Source: a candidate division FCPU426 bacterium (GTDB lineage: Bacteria; Oederibacteriota; PGYV01; Palsa-1178). Taken from it: 64,000 nt of DNA. Every line of letters starts with the position of its first letter. Position 1 is the first letter of the stretch. Below, piece by piece: positions 18,786 through 28,844 of this stretch. The notes beneath the pieces were generated by a model, which was given only the letters and a program-made list of their open reading frames with translations, was not told the DNA's origin and made no database searches. The stretch lies in assembly GCA_963840035.1 (NCBI GenBank), contig CAWIXE010000002.1, forward strand, positions 1,504,001 through 1,568,000, given 5' to 3'. The translations under genes and the position numbers were made by a program.

Positions 18786-18965
18786 TTACTGCTCTTCAAC
18801 CTTTACCATAAATCCTATTTTCCTGATTGCTCCGTCTAACTGCGCGTTCTTCTCAAATATCCTCGATGAACCTATCTTCTTAAGCCCGAGCGCCTTAATT
18901 GTCGCCCTGTTCGACGGGATCTGCCCCGCCATTGACTGCTTTAAGGTGATCTTTACTTTTGCCAT
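18786..18965 (-). CDS. rpmD: 50S protein L30
   Basis: Manual translation MAKVKITLKQSMAGQIPSNRATIKALGLKKIG...VKVEEQ, between rpsE and rplO. Confidence 0.93.
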   Translation of the reverse strand: MAKVKITLKQSMAGQIPSNRATIKALGLKKIGSSRIFEKNAQLDGAIRKIGFMVKVEEQ

Positions 18966-18966
18966 T

Positions 18967-19455
18967 TTATTTGCCCTTCCTTAAAGTTAATATTGTTTCC
19001 GGGTCCCTTAACTGTTTGATAGCCTCAAAAGTGGCGTATACAACATTGTAAGGGTTCGTGGTCCTTCCGACGCATTTCGCCAGGATATCATGTATGCCTG
19101 CCGACTCGACTATTGCGCGAACCGCTGAACCGGCGATTACTCCGGTACCGGGCGCTGCCGGTTTCAGCAGCACTTTTGCGGCTCCGAAATCTCCTGTAAC
19201 TTCATAAGGTATTGTCGTGCCTTTCATAGGGATCTTCTTCAGGCCTTTCTTGGCGCGAAGGATCGCTTTTTTAATGGCTTCCGGCACTTCCCTTGCTTTG
19301 CCGAGGCCGTAGCCTACCGATCCATGGCCGTCGCCGACGATTGCAAGGCACGCGAACTTAAACCTTTTTCCGCCTTTTACAACCTTGGCTACCCTGTTTA
19401 TGCTTACAATTCTCTCTTTAAGGTCTGATTTTGCGCTGTCCATCCTGGGTTTCAA
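18967..19455 (-). CDS. rpsE: 30S protein S5
   Basis: [35 protein letters not shown]. Confidence 0.97.
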   Translation of the reverse strand: MKPRMDSAKSDLKERIVSINRVAKVVKGGKRFKFACLAIVGDGHGSVGYGLGKAREVPEAIKKAILRAKKGLKKIPMKGTTIPYEVTGDFGAAKVLLKPAAPGTGVIAGSAVRAIVESAGIHDILAKCVGRTTNPYNVVYATFEAIKQLRDPETILTLRKGK

Positions 19456-19471
19456 AAAGTATTACCTCCTC

Positions 19472-19846
19472 TTAAAATTTTATGCCGGCTTCGCGTGCCG
19501 AATCGGCAAACGCTTTTACAACGCCGTGATATTGATAACCGCCCCTGTCAAATACGACCGCGGTGATTCCCTTTGCCTTGCATTTTTCCGCGACTGCTTT
19601 GCCGAGTTTTACAGCGGCTTCCTGATTTTTTCCCTTTATGCCGGCTTCCTTAGAGTTGGTGGCCAGGCCCAATATGGTCTTTTTCGCCATATCGTCGATA
19701 ACCTGCGCAACAAGCGTGCTGCTGCCCTTAAAAAATGAAAGCCTCGGTTTTTCAGACGTGCCGCTGACATGCTTGCGGCCCCTGTCGTGCCTCATAATCC
19801 TTTTAGACCTTACTTTGTTTGTCCTTTTTTTAAACTTTATTCTCAT
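19472..19846 (-). CDS. rplR: 50S protein L18
   Basis: PRLS, AQVIDD, FDRGGYQYHG.VKA.AD.ARE.G. Confidence 0.97.
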   Translation of the reverse strand: MRIKFKKRTNKVRSKRIMRHDRGRKHVSGTSEKPRLSFFKGSSTLVAQVIDDMAKKTILGLATNSKEAGIKGKNQEAAVKLGKAVAEKCKAKGITAVVFDRGGYQYHGVVKAFADSAREAGIKF

Positions 19847-19930
19847 TTTAAATCATTTCCTCCTGCCTATAATATAGCCCGGCTTACGTATTCCTCCCAT
19901 TTTAGAGGGAGGCTGAAGGCGGGTATAACT

Positions 19931-20491
19931 TTACTTTGCCTTTGCTCCGGCCGCGCTCTTTCCGGCCTTCCTTCTGATCTTTTCGCCTTCATACATTACG
20001 CCTTTGCCCTGATAAGGTTCCGGGAGCTTAAGCTGCTTTATCTCTGCGGCTACCTGTCCAACAACATGTTTGTCAGTGCCGGTTATGGTTATCTTTGTCT
20101 GATTGTCCACTACAGCCGTTATGCCGTCCGGTAATGTGTAATCGAGCGGGTGCGAAAATCCGAGGGTGAAGTTAAGCGTCCTGCCCGCGAGATTTGCCCT
20201 GTATCCGACGCCTTTTAAAATAAGGGTCTTTACATACCCTTCGGTTACGCCGAACACTTTATTGTTAATGGTCGCCCTTTCCATTCCGAAAAGCGCCTGT
20301 CCGTTCTTTAAATCTTCCAGCCCGGCTTTCGGTATGACTGTCAGTGTGTTATTCTCGACTTTGTAGTCGAAATACTGCGAGACAGCATGCTGTGCCTTGC
20401 CTTTGGGGCCTTCAATGTTTATAACGGCGCCCGCAACCGCGACTTTTACCTTCTCAGGTATTGCTACTGGTTTTTTTCCTATTCTTGACAT
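19931..20491 (-). CDS. rplF: 50S protein L6
   Basis: MSRIGKKP, GVGYRA, LGFSHP, PEPYQGKG. Confidence 0.98.
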   Translation of the reverse strand: MSRIGKKPVAIPEKVKVAVAGAVINIEGPKGKAQHAVSQYFDYKVENNTLTVIPKAGLEDLKNGQALFGMERATINNKVFGVTEGYVKTLILKGVGYRANLAGRTLNFTLGFSHPLDYTLPDGITAVVDNQTKITITGTDKHVVGQVAAEIKQLKLPEPYQGKGVMYEGEKIRRKAGKSAAGAKAK

Positions 20492-20505
20492 TGCTTATTC
20501 TCCTT

Positions 20506-20895
20506 TTACCATATCTCGCAAATTATTTCGCCGCCGACTTTTTCTTTCCTTGCATTGGCGCCCGACATTATTCCTTTTGATGTCGAAACTATAAGCATTC
20601 CTATGCCGCTTTTGACTTTTTTGATGTCTTCAAATGCGGAGTATACCCTTCTCGATGACTTGCTCACCCTTTTGATGGAGTGTATCGCCTTTTCCTTATT
20701 GTCGCCGTATTTGAGGTAAACCCTTATGTTGCCCTGTTTATTGTCCTCAATATACCTGTAGCCTTTTATAAAGCCCTCTTCTTTGAGGAGCTTTACTATG
20801 TTCTGTTTTACCTTTGATGAAGGTACGTCAACATAATCTTTCCTTTTGGCGTTGGCGTTCCTGATCCTTGTAAGTAAATCCGCGATCGTGTCCAT
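20506..20895 (-). CDS. rpsH: 30S protein S8
   Basis: DTIADLLTRIRNA, STSKGIM, GGEIIC..W. Confidence 0.98.
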   Translation of the reverse strand: MDTIADLLTRIRNANAKRKDYVDVPSSKVKQNIVKLLKEEGFIKGYRYIEDNKQGNIRVYLKYGDNKEKAIHSIKRVSKSSRRVYSAFEDIKKVKSGIGMLIVSTSKGIMSGANARKEKVGGEIICEIW

Positions 20896-20905
20896 TATTC
20901 CTCCT

Positions 20906-21091
20906 TTACCAGCTTGATTTCTTTATGCCGGGAATTTCGCCTTTATAAGCGAGAGCCCTGAAACATATTCTGCAAACTCCGAATTTCCTCATGTATGCCC
21001 TGGGCCTGCCGCAAATCGAGCACCTGTTGTTCTTCCTTGTAGAAAATTTCGGTTTCATCTTTGACTTGTTTATCATTGCCGTAGTTGCCAC
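20906..21091 (-). CDS. rpsN: 30S protein S14 type Z
   Basis: RCSICGRPR...CRICFR..A..GEIPG..KSSW. Confidence 0.97.
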   Translation of the reverse strand: MATTAMINKSKMKPKFSTRKNNRCSICGRPRAYMRKFGVCRICFRALAYKGEIPGIKKSSW

Positions 21092-21103
21092 TGTGTATCC
21101 TCC

Positions 21104-21646
21104 TTATTTCTTGCGGAACGGCATGCCGAGAGCTTCCAGAAGGAAGAACGCGTCATCGTTTGTCTTTGCCGTCGTTACGAATGTTATGTCCATGCCCATT
21201 ACCACGAGCACTTTCTCGAATTTAACCTCTGGAAAAATTATCTGTTCCTTCAGTCCCATTGTATAATTCCCGCGGCCATCGAAAGAATTTCTCGGTACGC
21301 CGTTAAAATCCCTTACCCTGGGAAGCGCGAGTGATATGAACCTGTCAAGGAACTCATACATCCTGTTGCCGCGCAGCGTTACTTTGGCGCCGATAGGCAT
21401 GTTCTCCCTGAGCTTGAAGTTCGATATCGAGGTCTTTGATTTTGTGATGACCGGTTTCTGTCCGGTAATCGCGGTTAATTCCTCAACCGCTTCGTCAAGA
21501 GCCTTGATATTCTGGGTCGCTTCTCCGACGCCCATGTTTAACACCATTTTTTCCAGCCTTGGTACCTGGAATTTATTCTTGTAGCCCTGTGCCTCCATTA
21601 ATTTCGGCACTATTTCTTTCTCGTATTTAACCTTAAGCCTTGCCAT
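21104..21646 (-). CDS. rplE: 50S protein L5
   Basis: NMGVGEA, ITGQKP, LPRVRDF.G, FDGRGNY. Confidence 0.98.
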   Translation of the reverse strand: MARLKVKYEKEIVPKLMEAQGYKNKFQVPRLEKMVLNMGVGEATQNIKALDEAVEELTAITGQKPVITKSKTSISNFKLRENMPIGAKVTLRGNRMYEFLDRFISLALPRVRDFNGVPRNSFDGRGNYTMGLKEQIIFPEVKFEKVLVVMGMDITFVTTAKTNDDAFFLLEALGMPFRKK

Positions 21647-21659
21647 TTATTTAGGCCTC

Positions 21660-21983
21660 CTATTTTTCGTCTATCATTTCATTGCATTTCTTGCATATAC
21701 GGACGTGCTTGCCGCCGGCTAACGCGCCGACCTTTACTTTTGTGGCTTTGCCGCACTTGTTGCATATCAGCATTACCTTGGATACCGGCAGCGCCGCTTC
21801 TTTTTCAAGAATGCCGCCCTGCTGCACTTTCTGCGAAGGCTTTGTATGCCTTTTTACAAAATTAATTTTCTCAACTATAACCTTGTTGGTCTCGTATAAT
21901 ACTTTAAGGACTTTGCCTGACTTACCGGCGTCTTTTCCCGCCAGCACGGTCACTATGTCATTTTTTCTGATTTTAGTTTTCAT
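21660..21983 (-). CDS. rplX: 50S protein L24
   Basis: D.V.VLAGKD.GK.GKV, GGI.EKEA. Confidence 0.97.
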   Translation of the reverse strand: MKTKIRKNDIVTVLAGKDAGKSGKVLKVLYETNKVIVEKINFVKRHTKPSQKVQQGGILEKEAALPVSKVMLICNKCGKATKVKVGALAGGKHVRICKKCNEMIDEK

Positions 21984-21995
21984 CTGTTCATCCTC

Positions 21996-22364
21996 CTATA
22001 CTACTTCAGGCGCGAGCGAGATTATCTTCAGGAAGTTTCTTTCCCTGAGTTCCCTTGCCACAGGCCCGAATATCCTGGTACCCCTCGGAAGGTTCTGGTC
22101 ATTGATAATAACTGCCGCGTTGTCGTCAAATCTGATGTAAGAACCGTCTTTTCTCCTGTGTTCCTTTTTTACCCTGACTATGACGGCTTTCACTACTTCT
22201 TTTCTCTTAACTCCGGCTCCCGGTATGGCGTCTTTTACAGCAGCCACAATTATGTCCCCTAAGCCCGCGTACCTTGCCCTTGTTCCGCCAAGGACCTTAA
22301 TACACATTATCTTCTTGGCGCCCGAATTATCCGCTACCTCAAGCCTTGTCATTTGCTGGATCAT
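21996..22364 (-). CDS. rplN: 50S protein L14
   Basis: [36 protein letters not shown]. Confidence 0.98.
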   Translation of the reverse strand: MIQQMTRLEVADNSGAKKIMCIKVLGGTRARYAGLGDIIVAAVKDAIPGAGVKRKEVVKAVIVRVKKEHRRKDGSYIRFDDNAAVIINDQNLPRGTRIFGPVARELRERNFLKIISLAPEVV

Positions 22365-22656
22365 TTTGTTCACTCCCGTCATTCACAAGGTCGGCTTTGT
22401 CCAAGCCTGTTTTCAGGATCTGTACAACCATCCACCTTTTGTTTTTGCTAAGAGGCCTTACTTCCTTTATGGAAACGAGGTCGCCCTTTTTGCACTCATT
22501 TTTTTCGTCATGCGCCATGAGTTTTGTGGTCCTCTTGACGTACTTTTTATACACGGCATGTTTTACTCTTCTTTCGACCTGTACTACCACGGTCTTGTTC
22601 ATCTTCGTGGAAAGCACCTTTGCGTCTATAATCCTTCTTGCGTTCGTATCGCTCAT
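22339..22656 (-). CDS. rpsQ: 30S protein S17 (C-terminal extension overlaps rplN)
   Basis: [25 protein letters not shown]. Confidence 0.96.
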   Translation of the reverse strand: MSDTNARRIIDAKVLSTKMNKTVVVQVERRVKHAVYKKYVKRTTKLMAHDEKNECKKGDLVSIKEVRPLSKNKRWMVVQILKTGLDKADLVNDGSEQNDPANDKA

Positions 22657-22862
22657 TTAACGCTGCCTCCTTTAACTGACTTTTTCTCTTTTGCTATCGT
22701 AAGCAGCCTGGCGATGTCTGTCTTTATCTGTTTTACCTGCGCAGTATTTTCTATCTGCTTTGTCGATAACTTCATCTTGACCTTAAAAAGGTTCTCTTTT
22801 AACTCTTTTACTTTCCTGTCTATTTCTTCTGCGTTTAGGTCCCTGATTTCCTGCGGTTTCAT
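22653..22862 (-). CDS. rpmC: 50S protein L29
   Basis: ELKENLF...DIARLLT; position in the S10 operon. Confidence 0.95.
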   Translation of the reverse strand: MKPQEIRDLNAEEIDRKVKELKENLFKVKMKLSTKQIENTAQVKQIKTDIARLLTIAKEKKSVKGGSVK

Positions 22863-22880
22863 TATTTCCTCCGTTATGAA

Positions 22881-23294
22881 TTAAATCTCATGCCTTTTAA
22901 CAAACTGCACGTCGATCGGTAACTTACCTGAACACTTCTTAAAAGCAAGTTTCGCTATATCCTCAGTCACGCCATCCAACTCAAACATTATTCTGCCCGG
23001 TTTCACAACCGCTACCCAGAATTCCGGTGCGCCTTTTCCTTTTCCCATGCGGGTCTCAGCCGGTTTTTTCGTTACCGGTTTGTCCGGGAATATCCTGATC
23101 CAGAGCTTTCCGCCCTTTTTTAAGTTCCTGTTTATGGCAACCCTGGCCGCTTCTATCTGTCTTCCGGTTATCCAGTGCGGTTCCATCGCTTTCAGGCCGT
23201 AAAGTCCAAAGCTCACCTTGTTTCCGCTGGTGGCTTTCCCTTTCATCCTGCCCCTCTGCTGTTTCCTGTATTTTACCCTTGCCGGCATTAACAT
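22881..23294 (-). CDS. rplP: 50S protein L16
   Basis: [21 protein letters not shown]. Confidence 0.98.
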   Translation of the reverse strand: MLMPARVKYRKQQRGRMKGKATSGNKVSFGLYGLKAMEPHWITGRQIEAARVAINRNLKKGGKLWIRIFPDKPVTKKPAETRMGKGKGAPEFWVAVVKPGRIMFELDGVTEDIAKLAFKKCSGKLPIDVQFVKRHEI

Positions 23295-23312
23295 TTTATG
23301 TGTTCCTCCGCT

Positions 23313-23960
23313 TTATTTGTTGTCTCCGGGAAGTATTTCTCCCTTGAAGACCCATACTTTTACGCCTATAGTGCCGTAAGTTGTGAATGCTGTCGCTGTT
23401 CCGTAATCAATGTCAGCCCGGAGTGTCTGGAGCGGTACTCTTCCTTCAACGTACCATTCTCTCCTGGCTATTTCAGCCCCGGCCAGACGGCCCGAGCATG
23501 CTACCTTTATGCCGAGCGCCCCTGAGTCCGGTGCCATGGCTGTCTGCATGGCTTTTTTCATCGCGCGCCTGTAGCTTATGCGTTTCTCAAGCTGCTGCGC
23601 TATATTCTCAGCGATCAGCGTCGCTTCAATCTCGGGTTTCTGTATTTCTTTCGGCTCTATGAGTATCTGCTTGCCAGTCTTTTTTTCGAGCGCTTTCCTC
23701 AGTTCCTCTACTTCGGCGCCCTTCCTGCCTATGATCATACCCGGCTTGGCTGTAAAAATCTTAAGGATGGCTTTGTTACCGGCCCTCTCGATTTCAACCC
23801 TTGAGATTCCGGCGCTATAAAGTTTTTCCTTAATAAATTTCCTTATGGTATGGTCTTCAAGGATAAGGTCCTTAAAGTTCTTTTTTGAAACAAGCCACCT
23901 TGATTTCCAGCCCTTTATGATCCCTATTCTGAGACCTTCGGGATTGATTTTCTGACCCAT
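23313..23960 (-). CDS. rpsC: 30S protein S3
   Basis: [34 protein letters not shown]. Confidence 0.98.
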   Translation of the reverse strand: MGQKINPEGLRIGIIKGWKSRWLVSKKNFKDLILEDHTIRKFIKEKLYSAGISRVEIERAGNKAILKIFTAKPGMIIGRKGAEVEELRKALEKKTGKQILIEPKEIQKPEIEATLIAENIAQQLEKRISYRRAMKKAMQTAMAPDSGALGIKVACSGRLAGAEIARREWYVEGRVPLQTLRADIDYGTATAFTTYGTIGVKVWVFKGEILPGDNK

Positions 23961-23977
23961 AGATTTATTGTCTCCTT

Positions 23978-24325
23978 TTAATTTTTATTATCTGTTACAA
24001 CCACGGTTACGTGGCATGACCTTTTGTTTATCTTGGCCGCCCGTCCCATGGCGCGCGGCATAAATCTGCGCGCGTATTTCAGCGTCGGGCCGTGGTCTAC
24101 AACGATCGACTTAATGACCAGTTTGTCCGCGTCCGCGCCAAAGTTTTTTGAAGCATTCGCTACAGCCGATTTTAATACCTTTAATAAATGCGGCGCAGCG
24201 TTCCTGTCTATGAACGGAAGCACTGTAAGTGCTTCTTCCACTCTCTTTTTCGCCAACGCTTTGGCAACAACCCTTACTTTCCTCGCGGGCATCCTCAGGT
24301 GCTTTATTGTTGATTTAGCTTCCAT
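23978..24325 (-). CDS. rplV: 50S protein L22
   Basis: [25 protein letters not shown]. Confidence 0.97.
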   Translation of the reverse strand: MEAKSTIKHLRMPARKVRVVAKALAKKRVEEALTVLPFIDRNAAPHLLKVLKSAVANASKNFGADADKLVIKSIVVDHGPTLKYARRFMPRAMGRAAKINKRSCHVTVVVTDNKN

Positions 24326-24421
24326 TTATAGCTGCTCCTTCCGTATATTTATTACGCTTCTTTACATTCTTTCATTAACCCGGCACAAGACCCTGAAGAG
24401 CGCCCTGAGCCAGTCAAAAGT

Positions 24422-24706
24422 TTAGGTTTTTGCCAGTGATTCTTTCTTAGCTTCGCCGTGTCCTTTGAATATCCTGGTCGGCGAAAATTCTCCGAGCTTG
24501 TGTCCGACCATGTTCTCAGTCACGAAAACAGGAATGAACTTCCTGCCGTTATGAACCGCAAACGTGAATCCTACCATTTCAGGTGATATGGCTGACCTTC
24601 TTGCCCAGGTCTTGATGATCTTCTTCTCGCCTGACTGAATCATCTTGGTTACTTTTTCAAGCAGCTTCTCGTCGATAAACGGGCCTTTCTTTAATGACCT
24701 TGTCAT
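24422..24706 (-). CDS. rpsS: 30S protein S19
   Basis: [27 protein letters not shown]. Confidence 0.98.
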   Translation of the reverse strand: MTRSLKKGPFIDEKLLEKVTKMIQSGEKKIIKTWARRSAISPEMVGFTFAVHNGRKFIPVFVTENMVGHKLGEFSPTRIFKGHGEAKKESLAKT

Positions 24707-25555
24707 TTACTGTAGCCCTCCTGTTGCTTTTTCTTTCTTCCTTCTTAATATATACCTGCTCGAAAGTTTCTTTTTGTTCCTCGTCTTGAAGCCCTTTGCC
24801 TTGACGCCGGTTGGCGACTGCGGATGCTGTCCTGACTTGGATTTTCCTTCTCCTCCGCCCATCGGATGGTCGACCGGGTTCATTGCTATAGCCCTGTTCC
24901 TCGGCTTCCAGCCCATCCAGCGGTATCTTCCTGCTTTTCCTATGACCATATTTTCGTGGTCGAGATTTCCGACCTGTCCTACTGTGGCGTAGCAGACCGA
25001 ACGTACCATGCGAAGCTCGCCTGACGGCATCTTTAAAACAGCCTGTCCGGCTTCCTTACCCATAATCTGCGCGAAAGCGCCGGCTCCGCGGGCGATTGTT
25101 CCGCCCTGGCCGGGATTAAGTTCAATATTATGCACGATAGTACCGACCGGGATGGACTGCAGCGGAAGCGAATTACCCACTTTTATTTCTGCTTCCTCGC
25201 CGCTCATAAGCTTTTCGCCTACCGTCAATCCTACCGGTGCTATGATGTACCTTTTCTCGCCGTCCATATATTTAAGAAGGGCTATCCTTGACGACCTGTT
25301 CGGATCGTACTCTATGGACTCTACAATCGCGGGTACGCCTTTTTTGTCGCGTTTAAAGTCTATCATCCTGTAGGCTTTTTTGTGTCCGCCGCCTCTGAAC
25401 CTGGATGTTATCCTGCCGAGGTTGTTACGGCCATTTTTACTGTGTACGTGCTTTGTCAGCGATTTTTCCGGCGTTTCTTTGGTAATGTCCTCTTTTGTAT
25501 CGACGGTCATGTACCTTCTGCTCGGTGTAATCGGCCTGAAAGATTTCATTCCCAT
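24707..25555 (-). CDS. rplB: 50S protein L2
   Basis: [31 protein letters not shown]. Confidence 0.98.
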   Translation of the reverse strand: MGMKSFRPITPSRRYMTVDTKEDITKETPEKSLTKHVHSKNGRNNLGRITSRFRGGGHKKAYRMIDFKRDKKGVPAIVESIEYDPNRSSRIALLKYMDGEKRYIIAPVGLTVGEKLMSGEEAEIKVGNSLPLQSIPVGTIVHNIELNPGQGGTIARGAGAFAQIMGKEAGQAVLKMPSGELRMVRSVCYATVGQVGNLDHENMVIGKAGRYRWMGWKPRNRAIAMNPVDHPMGGGEGKSKSGQHPQSPTGVKAKGFKTRNKKKLSSRYILRRKKEKATGGLQ

Positions 25556-25559
25556 GTTC

Positions 25560-25847
25560 TTATACTCCTTCTAATATTTCTATTTTTTCATCTTTTTTAA
25601 GCTTGACTATGGCTTTCTTCATGCGTCTCGCTTCGGAAGAATTCTTGCCGAACCTCTTTGCCTTGCCCGGCATGGTGCATGTATTTACCTTTATGACGTG
25701 AACCTTAAAAAGCGTCTCAACAGCCTGCTTTATCAGCTCTTTGTTGGCGTTTTTTTCCACTTCAAAAGTGTAAAAATTGCCCTCTTCCCTTACGCGTCCG
25801 CTTTTTTCCGTAAGAAGCGGCCTTTTGATTACTTTGTAAATGTCCAT
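25560..25847 (-). CDS. rplW: 50S protein L23
   Basis: P.LTEKS, IKQAVE.LF.V.V, KKAIV.L. Confidence 0.97.
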   Translation of the reverse strand: MDIYKVIKRPLLTEKSGRVREEGNFYTFEVEKNANKELIKQAVETLFKVHVIKVNTCTMPGKAKRFGKNSSEARRMKKAIVKLKKDEKIEILEGV

Positions 25848-25850
25848 GTA

Positions 25851-26474
25851 TTATCCCTTCCTCTTCGTGAGCTCTTCGAGCGCCTTAAGCGTCATCACAA
25901 TATTTTTATGTATCATGAGCTCATAAATATTCAGGTTGCTGTCCTTTGTGACTGTCAGCGTCTGGATGTTCCTTGATGCTTTCAGGAAGTTTCCGTCAGC
26001 CTTGTCCACGACAAGCAGGACCTTTTTATTTTTCAGGTTAAAGTTATTCAAAAAAGCTATTACTTCCTTTGTCTTCGGGGCCGCAACTGTTATATCGTTT
26101 ATAAGCGAAATTTCGTTGTCCCTTAATTTACCCGCAAGCACGGCAAGCATAGCCTGTTTCCTCTGTGCCTTGCTTAAGTAAATCCTGGACCTGAAAGGTT
26201 TCGGTCCGAATGTTACTCCGCCGCCTTTCCATATGGGGGAGCGGATGGAACCGTGTCTGGCCTGTCCGGTGCCTTTCTGCTTCCATGGTTTCTTTCCACC
26301 GCCCTGAACCTGTCCTCTTCCGAGGGTGTTCGACGAACCGGTATGCTGGTTCTGCTCAAAGGCGAGCAGGGCATCGTGTATAAGGTCGTCTTTTGTCTCG
26401 ACCTTAAGGAAGCTGTCGTCTACTTCAAACTCCGACACTTTCTTGTTTTCTTTGTCCAAAACTGCCAGTTTCAT
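25851..26474 (-). CDS. rplD: 50S protein L4
   Basis: GGGKKPWKQKGTGQARHGSIRSP.W.GGG..FGP. Confidence 0.98.
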   Translation of the reverse strand: MKLAVLDKENKKVSEFEVDDSFLKVETKDDLIHDALLAFEQNQHTGSSNTLGRGQVQGGGKKPWKQKGTGQARHGSIRSPIWKGGGVTFGPKPFRSRIYLSKAQRKQAMLAVLAGKLRDNEISLINDITVAAPKTKEVIAFLNNFNLKNKKVLLVVDKADGNFLKASRNIQTLTVTKDSNLNIYELMIHKNIVMTLKALEELTKRKG

Positions 26475-26504
26475 TATAATGCTCCTTTAAACTCTTAATA
26501 GTAC

Positions 26505-26525
26505 GGGACGGATATCGTCCCCTAC
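26505..26525. repeat. GTAG-type REP singlet between rplC and rplD
   Basis: GGGACG-GATAT-CGTCCCCTAC. Confidence 0.6.
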
Positions 26526-26530
26526 CGTGA

Positions 26531-27211
26531 TTATTTCTTAACTTTTACCGCCACGTTCTTTTTCTTAGCGGCTTTTTTGACTGTTACTATGCCGTTGTTC
26601 GCGCCCGGGACAGATCCCCTTAAGAGCATGAACTTGTTCTCAGCGTCAATTTTCTCCACTTTAAGGTTCATGGTAGTGACCTTATCAAAACCCATCCTGC
26701 CGGCCATCTTCATATTCTTGAAGACCCTCGCAGGGAATGTGGATGAACCGATGGAACCCGGCGCCCTGTGCTGCATGGAACCGTGTGAAGCGGGTCCTCC
26801 GTGGAAGTTATGTCTTTTCATTACTCCCTGGAATCCCTTGCCTTTTGATATGCCGGCTACGTCAATAAAATCGCCTTCTTTAAAAACGCTGTCCACGGTG
26901 ATCTTATCGCCGACATTAAACTTGGCCGCCTCTTCCGCCGTGAGCCTTATTTCGGTTACTACGCTCTTCATAGGAAGGTCCAGCTTGTTCTTTTCATTTT
27001 TAAACATGCCCTTGGTGGCCTTATTGACATTTTTCGGTTTCTTTACGTCAATGGTGCCAAGCTTTAAAGCGACATATCCGTCCCTCTCGATAGTCTTTTT
27101 ATCGACTATGATGGAATCCTCTACCTGTACGATCGTCACCGGCACTACTTCGCCCTGTGCGTTAAAAACCTGTGTCATTCCCAATTTCTTGCCGATTAGT
27201 TTTGTTACCAC
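26531..27211 (-). CDS. rplC: 50S protein L3
   Basis: GKKLGMTQ, SKGKGFQG.MKRH, HGS..HR.PGSIG. Confidence 0.98.
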   Translation of the reverse strand: MVTKLIGKKLGMTQVFNAQGEVVPVTIVQVEDSIIVDKKTIERDGYVALKLGTIDVKKPKNVNKATKGMFKNEKNKLDLPMKSVVTEIRLTAEEAAKFNVGDKITVDSVFKEGDFIDVAGISKGKGFQGVMKRHNFHGGPASHGSMQHRAPGSIGSSTFPARVFKNMKMAGRMGFDKVTTMNLKVEKIDAENKFMLLRGSVPGANNGIVTVKKAAKKKNVAVKVKK

Positions 27212-27227
27212 TTGTCATTTCCTCCGT

Positions 27228-27542
27228 TTACAGCTTTATTTCAACGTCAATCCCGGCCGGAAGGTCGAGATTTTTTAACTTCTCGACTGTTTCGTGGTTC
27301 GGGTCGAGGATGTCTATCAGCCTCTTGTGAATACGCATTTCGAACTGTTCCCTTGACTTTTTGTCAACGTGAACAGACCTCTGAATCGTGTACTTGTGCA
27401 TCTTTGTAGGAAGCGGTATCGGCCCTGATACGCGCGCTCCGGTTTCTTTTACCTTCTTGATAATGTCCGTCACGGATTTATCAAGCAGCTTGTGGTCATA
27501 GGCCTTAAGCCTTATCCTGATCTTTTGTGTATCTAACTGCAT
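27228..27542 (-). CDS. rpsJ: 30S protein S10
   Basis: [32 protein letters not shown]. Confidence 0.98.
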   Translation of the reverse strand: MQLDTQKIRIRLKAYDHKLLDKSVTDIIKKVKETGARVSGPIPLPTKMHKYTIQRSVHVDKKSREQFEMRIHKRLIDILDPNHETVEKLKNLDLPAGIDVEIKL

Positions 27543-27558
27543 TAGTAAGTCTCCCTTC

Positions 27559-28761
27559 CTATTCTACGACTTCGGTAATAACGCCCGAGCCGACTGTCCT
27601 GCCGCCCTCGCGGATGGCGAACCTTAACTCTTTTTCCATGGCTATGGGAGTTATCAACTCAACATCCATAGCAATATTGTCTCCCGGCATAACCATTTCC
27701 ACTCCTGCCGGCAGTTTGATTGATCCTGTTACGTCCGTTGTCCTGAAATAGAACTGCGGGCGGTAATTGTTAAAGAACGGCGTGTGACGTCCGCCTTCGT
27801 CTTTGTTTAACACGTACACCTGGCTTTTGAACTTCTTATGCGGCGTTATCGAGCCCGGCTTGCAGCATACCTGGCCCCTTTCGATATCGTCTTTTTCCAC
27901 GCCGCGCAGCAGAAGCCCTACGTTGTCTCCGGCCTGTCCTTCGTCCAGAAGCTTCCTGAACATTTCAACTCCGGTTACAACCGATTTCCTGGTGTCCTTG
28001 AATCCTACTATCTCGATTTCCTCATTGACTTTAACTTTTCCTCTTTCGATCCTTCCCGTGGCTACTGTGCCGCGGCCCGTGATTGAAAATACGTCCTCAA
28101 CCGCCATAAGGAACGGCTTGTCTATCTCCCTCTTGGGTTCAGGTATGAATGTGTCGAGCGCGTCCATCAGGTCAAGGATAGCTTTCGCTTCCGGGCCTTT
28201 CGGGTCGTTTAATGCTTTTACTGCCGAGCCCCTGATTACCGGCGTCTTGTCGCCCGGGAACTCGTATTTTTTCAGAAGGTCCCTGATCTCTTCTTCTACC
28301 AGGTCTATCATTTCCTTATCGTCTACAAGGTCTACCTTATTTAAGAATACCACTATGTGCGGTACTCCTACCTGCCTGGCTAACAGGATGTGTTCCCTTG
28401 TCTGCGGCATTGGTCCGTCTACCGCTGATACAACGAGTATCGCTCCGTCCATCTGCGCGGCTCCCGTGATCATGTTCTTTACATAGTCAGCGTGGCCCGG
28501 GCAGTCAACGTGCGCGTAGTGCCTCTTTGCCGATGAATACTCCACGTGCGATGTCGCGATCGTCAATATCTTTGTCGCGTCCCTGCGGCCCTGCGACGCC
28601 GATGCTTTCGCCACTTCGTCGTACGGTATGTACGTTGCCATTCCCTGCGCTGCCATTACGTTCGTAATAGCCGCTGTCAGTGTCGTCTTGCCGTGGTCTA
28701 CATGTCCGATCGTTCCCACGTTTACGTGCGGTTTCGTCCTGTCAAATTTCTGTTTGCCCAT
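27559..28761 (-). CDS. tuf: Elongation factor Tu (str-operon copy)
   Basis: [39 protein letters not shown]. Confidence 0.99.
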   Translation of the reverse strand: MGKQKFDRTKPHVNVGTIGHVDHGKTTLTAAITNVMAAQGMATYIPYDEVAKASASQGRRDATKILTIATSHVEYSSAKRHYAHVDCPGHADYVKNMITGAAQMDGAILVVSAVDGPMPQTREHILLARQVGVPHIVVFLNKVDLVDDKEMIDLVEEEIRDLLKKYEFPGDKTPVIRGSAVKALNDPKGPEAKAILDLMDALDTFIPEPKREIDKPFLMAVEDVFSITGRGTVATGRIERGKVKVNEEIEIVGFKDTRKSVVTGVEMFRKLLDEGQAGDNVGLLLRGVEKDDIERGQVCCKPGSITPHKKFKSQVYVLNKDEGGRHTPFFNNYRPQFYFRTTDVTGSIKLPAGVEMVMPGDNIAMDVELITPIAMEKELRFAIREGGRTVGSGVITEVVE

Positions 28762-28808
28762 TTTAAATCCTCCTGTAAGGGAAGTTTTTTATATATTCTA
28801 CTCAGTTC

Positions 28809-28844
28809 ATTAATCCGCAATCATCAATCAACTATCTTCAATCG
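28809..28844. repeat. Heptamer array at the fusA stop
   Basis: AATCCGC AATCATC AATCAAC TATCTTC; 32 of 34 nt identical to 45937-45970. Confidence 0.85.
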
